Shown here in pieces: positions 24,028 to 34,291 of a stretch of 64,000 nucleotides of DNA (the first letter of the stretch is position 1; each line of letters opens with the position of its first letter). Below the pieces are notes generated by a model that ran no database searches, was not told the DNA's origin, and worked only from the letters and a program-made list of their open reading frames with translations. Both the position numbers and the translations under genes were made by a program. The DNA lies in the NCBI GenBank assembly GCA_031549605.1, contig JAVBPM010000005.1:2315-66314 (forward strand), given 5' to 3'. The DNA is from Oscillospiraceae bacterium. Lineage in GTDB: Bacteria > Bacillota > Clostridia > Oscillospirales > UBA929.

Positions 24028-26073
24028 TTACGGCAGCAGCTGGTTGGCTTGGGTCTGCCGGTTGAGCGCCAGCTGCCGGGCGAAATAACAGTCGTAGATG
24101 GTGCGCGCGATGGGTGCGATGTTGCCGCCCGAGTCGCCTTTTTCCACCACTACGGCTATGGCAATCTCCGGCTGTTCGTAGGGCGCGTAGCTGACGAAGA
24201 TGCCATTTGTTTTGCCGTTGACCTGTGCGCTGCCTGTTTTGGCGGCGACGGCGATAGGGTAATCGCCAAACACCGATGAGGCCGTGCCGCCTGTCTGGCA
24301 GACTAGGCGCATGCCCTGTTGCACGGCGGCAAGATTGGCCGGGTCAAACTCCAGCTGCGCCAGCACGGTTGGCTGCACCGTTTGGGTCACTGTTTTGTAG
24401 TCATAGCTTTTGGCCAACTTGAACAGATGGGGCTGGTAGCGCGTGCCGCCGTTGGCGATGGTGGCCGTGTAGTTGGCCAGCTGCAGCGGCGTAAACAGAT
24501 TGTCCGACTGGCCGATGGCCATTTGCAGCGTGTCGCCGGGATTCCACGTCTTGCCCTGCGCGGCGCGATTTTGCGAGCCGGCCAGCACGCCCGCCTGCTC
24601 ACCCGGCAGATCAAGACCACTGCGCTGGCCGAGGCCCAGCCGATTGGCCATGCCCTCCAGCGGTACGATGCCCATGCGGTCGGCCGTTTCATAAAAAAAG
24701 TAGTTGCAGGATACCTGCAGCGCTGCGGCGACATTGAGGGCGCCATGCGTCTGCCGCGCACTTTTGTAGAGCCCGCACATCGGCGCGTAGCCGACGTTTT
24801 GATAGGCGGTAAACACGCCCAAATCGGTGATGGTGGCGGTTGGCGATACCACTCCGGCCTGCAGCGCCGCCATGGCCGAGCTCATTTTCATCGTCGAGCC
24901 GGGCGCGTACGTGCCGGCAATGGCGCGGTTGAACAGCGGCTTGAGCGGGTCGGCCAGCAGCTTTGCGTAGTCGTTGGTGAGCGTTGACGGCGCGTAGGTG
25001 GGGTAGGTGGCCATAGCCAGCACCTCGCCACTATTGACGTCTATGACCACCACAGCACCGGCGTCGGCCTCTCCGCCAACGCCACGGCCGCCGGCCAGCT
25101 CGGCAATGCGGTCGGACAGCGCTTGCTCAGCGACGCGTTGCAGCTCAATATCCAGCGTGAGCAGGCAGTTGTCGCCCGGCTGCGCCGGCTTGTCGACAGT
25201 CACGCCGGTGGTGTCGCCGTCGCCGTTGGTTTCCACGGTGCGACTGCCGGCGATTCCGCGCAGCCGCGACTCCAGCTGTTTTTCCATACCCTCCTTACCG
25301 ACGATGGCGTCAAGGCTGTATTGCTCAGCTTTTAGCTGCTCGTATTCCTCGGTTGAAATAGGGCCGGTGCGCCCCAGAATATGCGCCGCCAGGTGGGTCT
25401 CGTAGTGACGCGCTGTCTCCTGCGCTGCGCTGACACCGTCCAGCTTTCGCTCCTGTATGGCGGCCACCAGCGCCGCGTCGATATCGCTGGCGAATCGGTA
25501 GGCGCTGATATTGCCGAAGTGGTGGCGCAGCTCAACCTCGTAGCGTACGCCGATGAGTGCCCGGGCCTCGCGCTCGGGTACTTCGGCCTCGACACGGTAG
25601 GTTTTTTTAAGTTTCTCTATGAGGGTTTCGGCGTTGATGTCGGCCGGCCACTCGCGTTTCTTGAGAAAGCGCTCGAGCCGGCTGCGCGCCGTGTCGCTGA
25701 GCGGCTCGAGGTAGCGGTAGGGTGGCTCAGCGGTGATGGGTAACGTGTCAGTGTGCGGCGTGTTGTACTGACGGCACAGCGAAAGCAGCGCCAGCAAGCT
25801 GGCATTGGCGGTCTTGTGGTTGCTCATCAGCGCTGTGGTATCCAGTTTGACGTAGCTGGTCACGCGGTTGGTGACCAACGGGCGGCCGTTGCGATCGAGC
25901 AGCGCGCCGCGCGCGGCGTCAAGGCGCTCGGTTTTGGTATAACGGCGCGTGTCGACGGTATCGGCCTTGGCTGTCAGCAGTTGCAGACGGTAGAGGTTGC
26001 CCAGCAGGGTCAGCAGCGTCGCGGAAAAGCAGAGCCCCAGCAGGATCAAACGCAGGATATAGCGTCGGCGCAC
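24028..26073 (-). CDS. mrdA: penicillin-binding protein 2 (elongation-specific peptidoglycan D,D-transpeptidase)
   Basis: 681 aa. PGSTMK (SxxK) and KTGSAQ (KTG) motifs. Directly downstream of mreC-mreD. GTG start behind AGGAGG. Confidence 0.85.
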   Translation of the reverse strand: MRRRYILRLILLGLCFSATLLTLLGNLYRLQLLTAKADTVDTRRYTKTERLDAARGALLDRNGRPLVTNRVTSYVKLDTTALMSNHKTANASLLALLSLCRQYNTPHTDTLPITAEPPYRYLEPLSDTARSRLERFLKKREWPADINAETLIEKLKKTYRVEAEVPEREARALIGVRYEVELRHHFGNISAYRFASDIDAALVAAIQERKLDGVSAAQETARHYETHLAAHILGRTGPISTEEYEQLKAEQYSLDAIVGKEGMEKQLESRLRGIAGSRTVETNGDGDTTGVTVDKPAQPGDNCLLTLDIELQRVAEQALSDRIAELAGGRGVGGEADAGAVVVIDVNSGEVLAMATYPTYAPSTLTNDYAKLLADPLKPLFNRAIAGTYAPGSTMKMSSAMAALQAGVVSPTATITDLGVFTAYQNVGYAPMCGLYKSARQTHGALNVAAALQVSCNYFFYETADRMGIVPLEGMANRLGLGQRSGLDLPGEQAGVLAGSQNRAAQGKTWNPGDTLQMAIGQSDNLFTPLQLANYTATIANGGTRYQPHLFKLAKSYDYKTVTQTVQPTVLAQLEFDPANLAAVQQGMRLVCQTGGTASSVFGDYPIAVAAKTGSAQVNGKTNGIFVSYAPYEQPEIAIAVVVEKGDSGGNIAPIARTIYDCYFARQLALNRQTQANQLLP

Positions 26074-26076
26074 GGC

Positions 26077-26589
26077 TTACCTCCTGACGGCGGCCGCTTG
26101 GCCGCTCATGGCGCGAACCAGCCACCATAGTGGCGGCACAAACAACAAAGAATAGAGCAGTTCGGGCGCCAGCACTGTCCACAGCGCCGACACGCCGGCA
26201 TAGCCGGGCATCCACAGGTGGAACAGGCCGTACAGCAGCTGCCCCAGCAGCGAAACGACGGTTGACCAGGCGAAGGCTGCCGCCACCGTTTTGGGGTAGA
26301 CGTTCTGGCTCAGCCGCTGGATGCCCCATGCCAGCATGGGGTAGAGTAATGTGAACAGCAGCTCGCCGGGACGAAAGGCGTCACACCACGATCCGAGCAG
26401 CAGCGCGTATAGCAAGACGCCGCCGCCGCTCTCAAACGTAACTATGCAGCCGAGCAGTATCGGCGGCAGAAACGGGCCGGCACCACGTGGAAAGAGGCCG
26501 GGCAACACCGTTAACTGGAGCGCCAGCGTCACAGCGCTTAGCATGCCATAGCGCAGCCATTTGGCCGCGTTTTGCTTGCACTGGTTCAT
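26077..26589 (-). CDS. mreD: rod shape-determining protein MreD
   Basis: Polytopic, about 170 aa, immediately after mreC. ATG 26589 lies 1 nt after the mreC stop; the longer ORF-track start overlaps mreC. Confidence 0.75.
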   Translation of the reverse strand: MNQCKQNAAKWLRYGMLSAVTLALQLTVLPGLFPRGAGPFLPPILLGCIVTFESGGGVLLYALLLGSWCDAFRPGELLFTLLYPMLAWGIQRLSQNVYPKTVAAAFAWSTVVSLLGQLLYGLFHLWMPGYAGVSALWTVLAPELLYSLLFVPPLWWLVRAMSGQAAAVRR

Positions 26590-26590
26590 A

Positions 26591-27436
26591 TCAGTTGACG
26601 ACCGTGAAGCCGGTGATGACGTAGACGTTATCGGCATCGGCCGGCATGGCCGCAGGGCTGACAGTGGCCACCACGCCCATGCCGGACGGCTGCGTTTCTA
26701 CGGCCTCAATGCGGCCAATGGTGATGCCGGGCGGATAGAGCTGGCCGGCCCCCGACGACAGGATAAGATCGCCCTGTTGCACGCCGGTGTCCTGGGGCAG
26801 AAAAGTCAGCTGCAATCGTCCCTTGGACATTAGCTCGAAGCTGCCAGACGCCATACACAGCCCGCCGGTTCGATCATCGACGGCGCCGACACTGGTTTCA
26901 GGGTCAACGACGCTGGCGACCTTGGCCCAGCCGTCTCCGACCTCGGTGATGACACCGACGAGCGCCATGGACTCGTTGACCACACACATATCGGCGGCTA
27001 CGCCGTCAGCGGTACCGACATCCAGTGTCATGCGCGAGCGCCAGCCGTTGTCGTCGCGCTCAACAATTGCGGCGGCGGCAAAGGTCAGGTCACGGCGCTT
27101 ATCGGCCATGCCTAACAGCGTGCGCAGGCGCTGGTTTTCCACGGTATCGGCGCGCGTGGCGCGCAGCTGCTGCTCCAGCTGCGCCACCTGCGCACGCAGG
27201 GCGGTGTTGTCGTCCTGCAGCTCAAGCATAGACTGCCGGTCGGCGAATTGTGTACCCGCCCAGTGTAAGACAGCCGAAAAACCCTTTTCCACGGGCAAAA
27301 AAAGCCGATTCCACAGGCCGGTCAGCGGCGAGGCCCGGCCGCCCGACAGCAGTGTCGCCACCACGAGCAGCAACGCCAAAAGCCCGGTGCACAGCAGGCC
27401 AAACCACGCCTTGTGGCGGCTGGCAAACGAGCGCAT
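26591..27436 (-). CDS. mreC: rod shape-determining protein MreC
   Basis: N-terminal TM, a coiled coil (LELQDDNTALRAQVAQLEQQLRA) and beta-rich domains with GDLILSSGAGQLYPPGITIG. Confidence 0.85.
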   Translation of the reverse strand: MRSFASRHKAWFGLLCTGLLALLLVVATLLSGGRASPLTGLWNRLFLPVEKGFSAVLHWAGTQFADRQSMLELQDDNTALRAQVAQLEQQLRATRADTVENQRLRTLLGMADKRRDLTFAAAAIVERDDNGWRSRMTLDVGTADGVAADMCVVNESMALVGVITEVGDGWAKVASVVDPETSVGAVDDRTGGLCMASGSFELMSKGRLQLTFLPQDTGVQQGDLILSSGAGQLYPPGITIGRIEAVETQPSGMGVVATVSPAAMPADADNVYVITGFTVVN

Positions 27437-27438
27437 AG

Positions 27439-28017
27439 CTATTGCAGCTCGGCCAGCCAGCTGCCCAGTTTGCCCAGCGGCAGGCCGACGACGCAGGTGT
27501 AGTCGCCGCGGATCGACTCGATGAAAAGCGCGCCTTTCTCCTGCGCGCCGTAGGCGCCGGCTTTGTCATATGGCTCGCCGGTGCCGATGTACCAGTCGAG
27601 CTCTGTCGGTGTTATGGTGCGAAAAGTGACCTCTGCAGCCTCTGCGGCGCAACGAGTGCAACCGCTGGTTGCGTCGTGTAACCACAGGCCGGTGTAGACG
27701 GTGTGGGTCTGTCCCGACAGACTGGTCAGCATTTGGCGCGCTTCGACTTCGTCGCGTGGCTTGTTGTAAATCTTGCCCTGAAAGGCGACGACGGTGTCGG
27801 CGGCGAGAATAAGACAACTGCTGTGGCGCTGCGCCACCTCAAGACCTTTGCGCGCGGCCAGCTCGGTGACAACCTCGGCGGGCGACAGGTCGGCGCCGAC
27901 GGTTTCGTCGGCGCTGGAGGGGTCAATGACGACGTCAAACAGCCCCAGCTGTGCCAGCAGTGCGGCACGGCGCGGCGATGACGAGGCCAGAATGAGTTTT
28001 GTTGTTTTGCTCTGCAT
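27439..28017 (-). CDS. maf: Maf-like nucleoside triphosphate pyrophosphatase
   Basis: LILASSSPRR...LLAADTVV...DKAGAYGAQE motifs. Upstream of mreCD as in many Firmicutes. Confidence 0.9.
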   Translation of the reverse strand: MQSKTTKLILASSSPRRAALLAQLGLFDVVIDPSSADETVGADLSPAEVVTELAARKGLEVAQRHSSCLILAADTVVAFQGKIYNKPRDEVEARQMLTSLSGQTHTVYTGLWLHDATSGCTRCAAEAAEVTFRTITPTELDWYIGTGEPYDKAGAYGAQEKGALFIESIRGDYTCVVGLPLGKLGSWLAELQ

Positions 28018-28274
28018 GAACTCGCCTCAAATCGTTCAGAATTCCTTGGTTTCGCGTTTTGCAACCGTTGGTTGCGTCCGACGGACACAACCATGCCTTT
28101 GTATAGTTTATCCAGCGCTTGGCATTTCAGACCTCAATGACCGCGTTTTTCCTGCGCTGAGGATAAACAACGCGCCATCGGTGAAACCCCTATGGCGCGC
28201 TGTGGTGGCGGTGCTGCGCTGCTGCCCCGCCGTTGTTATGAACTTTTGACGCCGCTTGTGATTGCCGCGCGTTA

Positions 28275-28595
28275 TCAGTTGGCGGCGTTATTACGTAGGC
28301 GAATCAGGTCGCGCTTGAGATCGTTGATTTCCATCTTGGCCTTGGACAAATCCTCAATGTAATCCTTGAGCTGGGCGCGCATGTGCTCGGCCTGATCGTT
28401 GGCGCGCAGCAGCTCGTCGATGATGTTTAGACAGGCCAGCGTCGAGGCCTGGCTGGCCGACACGTGCGACGCCTCGACAATGCTGCGAATTTTTTGGTCG
28501 GCGATTGAGGCGACGCGGTACATATACTCCTCATTTTCGGCCACCAGCAGGTGCAATTCCTGTCCGGCGACATTGACTGTAATACGATTTCTCAT
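28275..28595 (-). CDS. zapA: cell division protein ZapA
   Basis: 106 aa. N-terminal ITVNVAGQELHLLV...EEYMYRVASIAD and a C-terminal coiled coil. Confidence 0.8.
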   Translation of the reverse strand: MRNRITVNVAGQELHLLVAENEEYMYRVASIADQKIRSIVEASHVSASQASTLACLNIIDELLRANDQAEHMRAQLKDYIEDLSKAKMEINDLKRDLIRLRNNAAN

Positions 28596-28683
28596 GGTGA
28601 TCCTCCCGACATTATTGATGCCAACATTATAGCATTGACTGGCGCAAACGACAAGCCGTAAACGTGATTTTCGTCAACAATCG

Positions 28684-29136
28684 CTATTTGGTAAATAGAC
28701 CACCGTAAAACTCAAAGGTGTCCTTTTCCTGATTGTACACCAGCTGCTGTTGTTTGGCTAGGGTGCTATCCTGCAGATAGAGCGCTAACGATTGTGCTGC
28801 CAGTGCTTCGTCGGGTTCGTCAACACCCTGCTCGCGCAGCTGTGACAGCACTAGCGGACGATACAGCTCGGCAACCGCCTGCTGGTCAAAGGTCAGTGTC
28901 AGCGCGGTGCCGCTCTGGCTGTAGCTGCCGGTAACTGTGGCGTTGCCCTGACTTTGCAACTGCAACAGTGTCTGTGGCAGCGTCAGCGTAAAGCTGCCCT
29001 TGTCGAAGGCGAGGCTTGCGCCAATGGAGGCCGCGGTGTATGTGCCCTCCACCTTATGGGGGCCGCAGGCCGTCAGCAGCGACAGCAGCAGCGCCAGACA
29101 GAGCAACCGTGCCGCCCTTGCTCGCTTCTTTCCCAA
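28684..29136 (-). CDS. lipoprotein of unknown function
   Basis: Signal sequence plus lipobox LLTAC-GPHK. 150 aa. Confidence 0.7.
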   Translation of the reverse strand: MGKKRARAARLLCLALLLSLLTACGPHKVEGTYTAASIGASLAFDKGSFTLTLPQTLLQLQSQGNATVTGSYSQSGTALTLTFDQQAVAELYRPLVLSQLREQGVDEPDEALAAQSLALYLQDSTLAKQQQLVYNQEKDTFEFYGGLFTK

Positions 29137-29248
29137 ATCACCACCCCCTCATAGTGTCCATTGTAGCCCGACGGGCATTGACTGTCAACACAACGCCGTT
29201 GCCAAAACGGGTAATATCGACTATAATAGCACCGATGGAGGTGTCCAC

Positions 29249-30130
29249 ATGGCTTATTCACCGATAACCGATTTGTCCGCACTGCCTTACGGCGCCGTTA
29301 TGCTGCGTCTGTCGGATGGCAAACCGCTCTACGCCAACGCCATGGCGCTGGATGCGCTGGGCGTTACCGAGCTTAATGAAATGGGCAATTGGCTGATTTC
29401 CTGCCGCAACGAGCAGGAGCAGGCGCCGCTGTTTGACGCTGTTGCCACCGTTGAGGTCAGCAATCAGCAACGACTGCGCCTGACCGGCTCATGGCTACCG
29501 CTGCCGCATCAACCGCAGCGTGAGCAGATGGCGTTGTTTGTGCTGCATTTGTCACCGTTGGTGCATCCGTGGCGCGGTATGCTGATTGAGCTGTCCAACA
29601 CCGGCAGCGCCTCCATTCCCGAACAGCCGGTGGTCTATGATGAGCAGGCCGAATCGCTGCCAACACTGTCGCCTGCCTCGGAAGCCGAGGATCGGCTGTT
29701 GTGGGAGCGCGCCCGTTTCGCGGCCCTGGCGGCCGCTGTCTCGCAGGGCGCGAAGGTGGTTATGCTGTGGGATATTGATTCGGGCGTTATCAACTATGTG
29801 TCGGAGAACCTGCGTGACTGGGACGTGCTGTGCACGACACCGGTGTATATGAGCGAGTGGCTGGACACGGTGCATCCCGCCGACCTACCCGAGCTGCAGC
29901 TGGCGCGCGCCAAGCTGGCCGTCAGCATGGAGGCCGATATCACGCTACTGTCCTACCGTGTTTACGGCGAAAACGACACCATCTTGACGGTGGGCGAACA
30001 TACGCGCCGTGTGCCGGCACCGGGCGGTATCGCGCTGGCCTGTACGGTATTGGACAACCGCACCATGCCACATACACTTAAACACATTGATCCGCTGGCG
30101 CACAACCGCGCCTTTCAATACAATCCATGA
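29249..30130 (+). CDS. hypothetical cytoplasmic protein with two PAS-like segments and no output domain
   Basis: ATG 29249 behind GGAGGTG. Segments GAVMLRLSDGKPLYANAMALDALG and VVMLWDIDSGVINYVSENLRDW...VHPADL resemble PAS cores. Confidence 0.55.
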   Translation: MAYSPITDLSALPYGAVMLRLSDGKPLYANAMALDALGVTELNEMGNWLISCRNEQEQAPLFDAVATVEVSNQQRLRLTGSWLPLPHQPQREQMALFVLHLSPLVHPWRGMLIELSNTGSASIPEQPVVYDEQAESLPTLSPASEAEDRLLWERARFAALAAAVSQGAKVVMLWDIDSGVINYVSENLRDWDVLCTTPVYMSEWLDTVHPADLPELQLARAKLAVSMEADITLLSYRVYGENDTILTVGEHTRRVPAPGGIALACTVLDNRTMPHTLKHIDPLAHNRAFQYNP

Positions 30131-31545
30131 CACGACCAAAGGGTCGCCTATCGGTTTGGATTGCCGCCAGCTTTTTGGCCTCGCTGCTGTTTTTTTGGCT
30201 GGTGTGCCTTTCCGTTAACAGCACCAAGGCCGACGGAATGCCCTCTGTGGGTCTGTTTGACGCCTCAAACTACAACACCTACACGCTGCAGGCCGAGCGG
30301 TGGTGGCAGGGCAAGCTCGATTTGGGCACCAACTACGCTCATCTGGAGATTGCCGAGTACAACGGCCGCTACTACTGCAGCTTTCCGCCTGTTCCGTCGG
30401 TGCCGCTGCTGTTGCTCACGCCGCTTTTCAGCGGCACCGATGCCTTTGGCTCCGGCATTTACAGCACACCGGATCGCCTGATTGGCTTTCTTTACCTCTA
30501 TGTCGGTTGTCTGATGCTGGCGCTCTTTTTGCGGCGCCATATGGCTGATAAGCACGCCTTCTTCTGGGCTTTTTTTGCCGGTATGGGCAGCAATCTGCTC
30601 TCAGTTGACGTTTTTGCCGGTGTTTGGTTTATGGCGCAGTCGCTCTCCTTTGCGCTGTGTTGTGCCGCGTTGTGGGCCATTGACAGCCCCCATAAGAAAG
30701 CGTGGCCGTGGAGCTTTGTCTTTTGGGCGCTGGCGGTGGGCTGCCGGCCACTACAGGCGCTGTACCTTCCGGTACTGCTGATTTTGCTGTTTCGCAACCA
30801 GCGGTTGCCCCTTGGCAAATGGCTGTGTCAGCTGCCCCGTTTTTTGCTGGCGCCGGCCGGCATTGCGCTGTGCTATTGCTGGCTTAACTACGCTAGGTTT
30901 GGCAACCCGCTGGAGTTTGGCCACAGCTATCTGCCCGAGATGCTCAACGCGCCGCACGGGCAGTTTAATCCCTATTATATGTTTGTACGAGGCGACAACT
31001 GCGCGACCAGCAACCTAGCCAGTGTGCTGCGCTGGCCGTCGCTGTCGGACTATGATTGGTCTTTTAGTTTGGCGCATCCGTTGCAGAGCTTGGGTGACTT
31101 CTTTCGTTACAAGCTGCACTTTCCGTCGCACAACGGCTTTTTTTACCCGTTGGCCAACCCCATTTTCATCAGCATGTATCTGTCGCTGTTCGGCTTTATC
31201 GGCTGGAAGCGGCGACATCGCGACCCGTTGGCCGACATTGCCCTGCCCGACGTCGAGAGCGCGTCGCAGGCAGTGACGCCGCGCTTCTCGCGCTGTTTGA
31301 TTTTAACCGCGCTGGCGCTGACGGTTGTCCATATGGCGGCGTTGCTGTGCCATACGACAAACGGCGGCTGGCACTTTGGCGTGCGCTACTTCTGCGACGC
31401 CATTCCCTTCTTGATGCTGTTGTTGTTTGCCCGAAAGCGGACGGCGCCGCGCTGGGCCGACATAGCGCTGGCGGTCTTTGCGTTGGCCTTCCAGTGGTAT
31501 GGCACGCTGGGTTGGCTGGGACAATGGTGGCTACAGACGGCATAA
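30127..31545 (+). CDS. polytopic membrane protein, GT-C fold (ArnT/PMT family 39-like) glycosyltransferase candidate
   Basis: 472 aa with more than 10 TM helices and an ATGA overlap with the upstream gene. The family assignment is weak. Confidence 0.5.
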   Translation: MTRPKGRLSVWIAASFLASLLFFWLVCLSVNSTKADGMPSVGLFDASNYNTYTLQAERWWQGKLDLGTNYAHLEIAEYNGRYYCSFPPVPSVPLLLLTPLFSGTDAFGSGIYSTPDRLIGFLYLYVGCLMLALFLRRHMADKHAFFWAFFAGMGSNLLSVDVFAGVWFMAQSLSFALCCAALWAIDSPHKKAWPWSFVFWALAVGCRPLQALYLPVLLILLFRNQRLPLGKWLCQLPRFLLAPAGIALCYCWLNYARFGNPLEFGHSYLPEMLNAPHGQFNPYYMFVRGDNCATSNLASVLRWPSLSDYDWSFSLAHPLQSLGDFFRYKLHFPSHNGFFYPLANPIFISMYLSLFGFIGWKRRHRDPLADIALPDVESASQAVTPRFSRCLILTALALTVVHMAALLCHTTNGGWHFGVRYFCDAIPFLMLLLFARKRTAPRWADIALAVFALAFQWYGTLGWLGQWWLQTA

Positions 31546-31548
31546 GCG

Positions 31549-31590
31549 ACCCCCTTTTGGCAGACAATAGGCCAAAAGGGGGCTTTCTTT
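31549..31590 (+). terminator. rho-independent terminator after the GT-C gene
   Basis: CCCCCTTTTGGC-AGACAATAG-GCCAAAAGGGGG followed by CTTTCTTTT. Confidence 0.7.
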
Positions 31591-32495
31591 TGTACACAAT
31601 CCGCACCGATTTGGCCATTGAGGCTCATCAACTCTGGCAACAGTCGAGCCGGCAGACCACACAACTGAGCGGCGTGCAGGCCACAGACAGCACCGTCTTT
31701 GGTTGCGCTGTCAACACCGTCAATATTTTGGACGACGAGGGTGCCTCGGCGCTCGGCAAGCCGGTCGGCACGTATATTACCGTCAGTCTTCCCGACATGC
31801 GACGCCGTGATGTTGACGACTTCGAGCGCGGCGTCCACGCTGTGGCCGACCAGTTGCGCGCGGTGCTGACACCGCTGAACGCGCGCACAGCGCTTGTGGT
31901 GGGACTGGGCAATCGCTCCATTACACCCGACGCCGTTGGGCCACTGACAGTGGAGAGCACCATGATTACACGCCATCTGCTCGATCGGCACCCCGATTTG
32001 TTTCGACAGTTGTCGCCGGTGTCGGCGCTGGCGCCGGGTGTGCTGGCCTCGACCGGCATGGAGGTGGCCAGCATTCTGCAGGGCGTAGTGCAGCAGCTGA
32101 AGCCGGATGTGGTGCTGGTCATCGACGCCTTGGCCAGCCGGCAGCTGTCTCGGCTATGTGCGACAGTGCAGCTGTGCGACACCGGCATTATTCCCGGCGC
32201 CGGCGTCGGCAATGCGCGCGCCGCGATTAACCGCGATACGCTGGGTGTGCCGGTGCTGGCGCTGGGCGTGCCGACTGTCGTCGACGCCGGTACGCTGGCG
32301 CTCGACCTGCTGGAACAGGCGGGACAGCCGCAGCCGGAGCATGACTTGCTCGCGCAGCATGGTGGCTCGCTGATTGTCACACCTAAGGACATTGACAGCC
32401 TGGTCTCCGAGGTGGCGCGCCTGATGGGCTATGCGCTTAATTTGTCGCTGCACAACGGCTTGGAGCTTTCCGACGTGCGTAGCTTCTTATCCTAA
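31590..32495 (+). CDS. gpr: germination protease GPR (spore endopeptidase, A25 family)
   Basis: IRTDLAIEAH...VVGLGNRSITPDAVGP...DTGIIPGAGVGN motifs. The start is uncertain: TTG 31590 behind AAGGGGG, or ATG 31524, which would overlap the upstream gene and terminator. Confidence 0.85.
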   Translation: MYTIRTDLAIEAHQLWQQSSRQTTQLSGVQATDSTVFGCAVNTVNILDDEGASALGKPVGTYITVSLPDMRRRDVDDFERGVHAVADQLRAVLTPLNARTALVVGLGNRSITPDAVGPLTVESTMITRHLLDRHPDLFRQLSPVSALAPGVLASTGMEVASILQGVVQQLKPDVVLVIDALASRQLSRLCATVQLCDTGIIPGAGVGNARAAINRDTLGVPVLALGVPTVVDAGTLALDLLEQAGQPQPEHDLLAQHGGSLIVTPKDIDSLVSEVARLMGYALNLSLHNGLELSDVRSFLS

Positions 32496-32544
32496 CCGGC
32501 GCCGCATATACTGTATGGACATACTACGAAAGAGAGGGTTGTCC

Positions 32545-33783
32545 ATGCACAAAACCACCCCGATTCCGCTGCGCCGCAAGTCTTCACGTCGTTTTCGGCT
32601 GACGGCTTTACGGCCGATTGCGGCGCTGTCACTGCTGACCGCCGCGCTTTATCTGCTGTTAAACACCAGCCTACTGGCCACCATCGGGCGTGCCGCTCAC
32701 GCGGCCACGCAACAGCCGGCCATTGCCCGACAAGCGCTGGCCTATCAAAGTGCGCTGTTTGATGAGCCGGTTGACCCCGATGTGTGCGACGCTATTACAC
32801 TGCAATCGGCGTCGGTGGCCAGCTGGCTGGAACTGGCGCCGACGGCTGTCACGACGCCGGCGGACGGCGCCTGGACGCCGCCCAACCTGCCGGTACGATT
32901 GCCGAGCGCAACGTCGGAAACCACTGCGCCGCAGTCCTCTGATCCACCTGCGCAACCAGCGGTTGCGACACCGTTTGTACCCAACCTCAACGCCGACAAG
33001 ATTCGTGAGGGCACCTTTGTGCCCACGAGCACTGAGGGCTATACTTATTACAAAGACGTGTATATCAAAAACATTTCCGGCTATAAAGTCGATGTCAAAA
33101 AACTGTCGGAGCAGCGACTCAAGCTGTCGCTGGCGGCTGGTAAGCCACAGATACTGATTGTGCACACCCACGGCAGTGAGTCCTATTTCCCCGATCAGGA
33201 GAACTGGTATGAGCCAACCGACGTCGAGCGTACGGAGGACAAGAATTTTAACGTCATCCGCATTGGCGACGAGCTGGAAAAGGTCTTCACCGCGCGCGGC
33301 TTTGTGGTACTGCACGACCGCAATATCTACGATTATCCCACCTATACCGGCTCGTATAACCGCTCACTTGACTCGATTACGCGGTATATTAACGACAACC
33401 CCAGTATTGCCATGGTGATTGACCTGCACCGTGACTCGATTAACAATGACGCCGGTAACATCTACAAAGCGGTCACCAGTGTCGACGGCCAGAAGGTGGC
33501 GCAGCTGATGCTGGTGATGGGTTCGGACGGCAACGGGCAGCCCTTTCCCAACTGGCGGGATAATTTGGCGCTGGCCGTGCAGCTGAATCAGGCGCTGGCC
33601 GAGAAATATCCGCAGCTGATGCGGCCGATGTCGCTGCGCAAAGGGCGGTACAACGAGCACGCCACCACCGGCTCGATTTTGCTGGAGGTCGGTGCGTTTG
33701 GCAACAGCTTGCCCGAGGCGCTGCGCGCAATTCGCCTGTTTGGCAATACGGCCGCCGACCTATTGCAGCCCTATGTTGACTGA
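32545..33783 (+). CDS. spoIIP: stage II sporulation protein P
   Basis: ILIVHTHGSESY ... DLHRD ... catalytic-domain motifs. N-terminal TM and a Pro/Ala-rich linker. Conserved gpr-spoIIP adjacency. Confidence 0.85.
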   Translation: MHKTTPIPLRRKSSRRFRLTALRPIAALSLLTAALYLLLNTSLLATIGRAAHAATQQPAIARQALAYQSALFDEPVDPDVCDAITLQSASVASWLELAPTAVTTPADGAWTPPNLPVRLPSATSETTAPQSSDPPAQPAVATPFVPNLNADKIREGTFVPTSTEGYTYYKDVYIKNISGYKVDVKKLSEQRLKLSLAAGKPQILIVHTHGSESYFPDQENWYEPTDVERTEDKNFNVIRIGDELEKVFTARGFVVLHDRNIYDYPTYTGSYNRSLDSITRYINDNPSIAMVIDLHRDSINNDAGNIYKAVTSVDGQKVAQLMLVMGSDGNGQPFPNWRDNLALAVQLNQALAEKYPQLMRPMSLRKGRYNEHATTGSILLEVGAFGNSLPEALRAIRLFGNTAADLLQPYVD

Positions 33784-33875
33784 TAACTGTATAATCCGGC
33801 ACGGTTTATACTTCTTGTTTTTGTTTTTGCGCTGTGCTATGATGAGATTAACTTGTTGTCGCACAGGAGGTTGCT

Positions 33876-34283
33876 ATGGATTTTCAAGAGCTTTACCGCC
33901 GCGCCGCCGAGGTAGCGGTGCCGCATGAACTGTCCCTGTATGGGCTGTCCGGTGTTGTGGGCGCCGCCTTGCTGACGCAGCAGGGCCATGTCTATGTCGG
34001 CGTGAATGTTGATACCGCCTGTGCTGTTGGCTTTTGTGCCGAGCACGCCGCCGCGGCCGCCATGCTGACTGCGCACGAAAATGTGGTGGTGAAGATGATT
34101 GCCGTTAACAGCAATGGGCAGATTTTGCCGCCCTGCGGGCGGTGTCGCGAATTTATCAACCAGCTGTCTGATTTGAACTGCGACGCCGAGGTGATGATTG
34201 GTGTCGACAGCGTTGTCAGGTTGCATGAGCTGTTGCCTCACGACTGGCGCAAGGTGGCGCCTAAACAGGATTTTCCGTTGTAG
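33876..34283 (+). CDS. cdd: cytidine deaminase family protein (Cdd / blasticidin-S deaminase-like)
   Basis: CAEHAA (C/H-A-E) and PCGRCRE zinc-ligand motifs. 135 aa. Confidence 0.8.
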   Translation: MDFQELYRRAAEVAVPHELSLYGLSGVVGAALLTQQGHVYVGVNVDTACAVGFCAEHAAAAAMLTAHENVVVKMIAVNSNGQILPPCGRCREFINQLSDLNCDAEVMIGVDSVVRLHELLPHDWRKVAPKQDFPL

Positions 34284-34291
34284 CGCACAGA

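Noticed and set aside
28120-28275. Possible zapA terminator hairpin (GCGCCAT…ATGGCGC) in the maf-zapA spacer
   Set aside because: The stem is short with a large loop and the downstream T-tract is weak. I could not support it with confidence.
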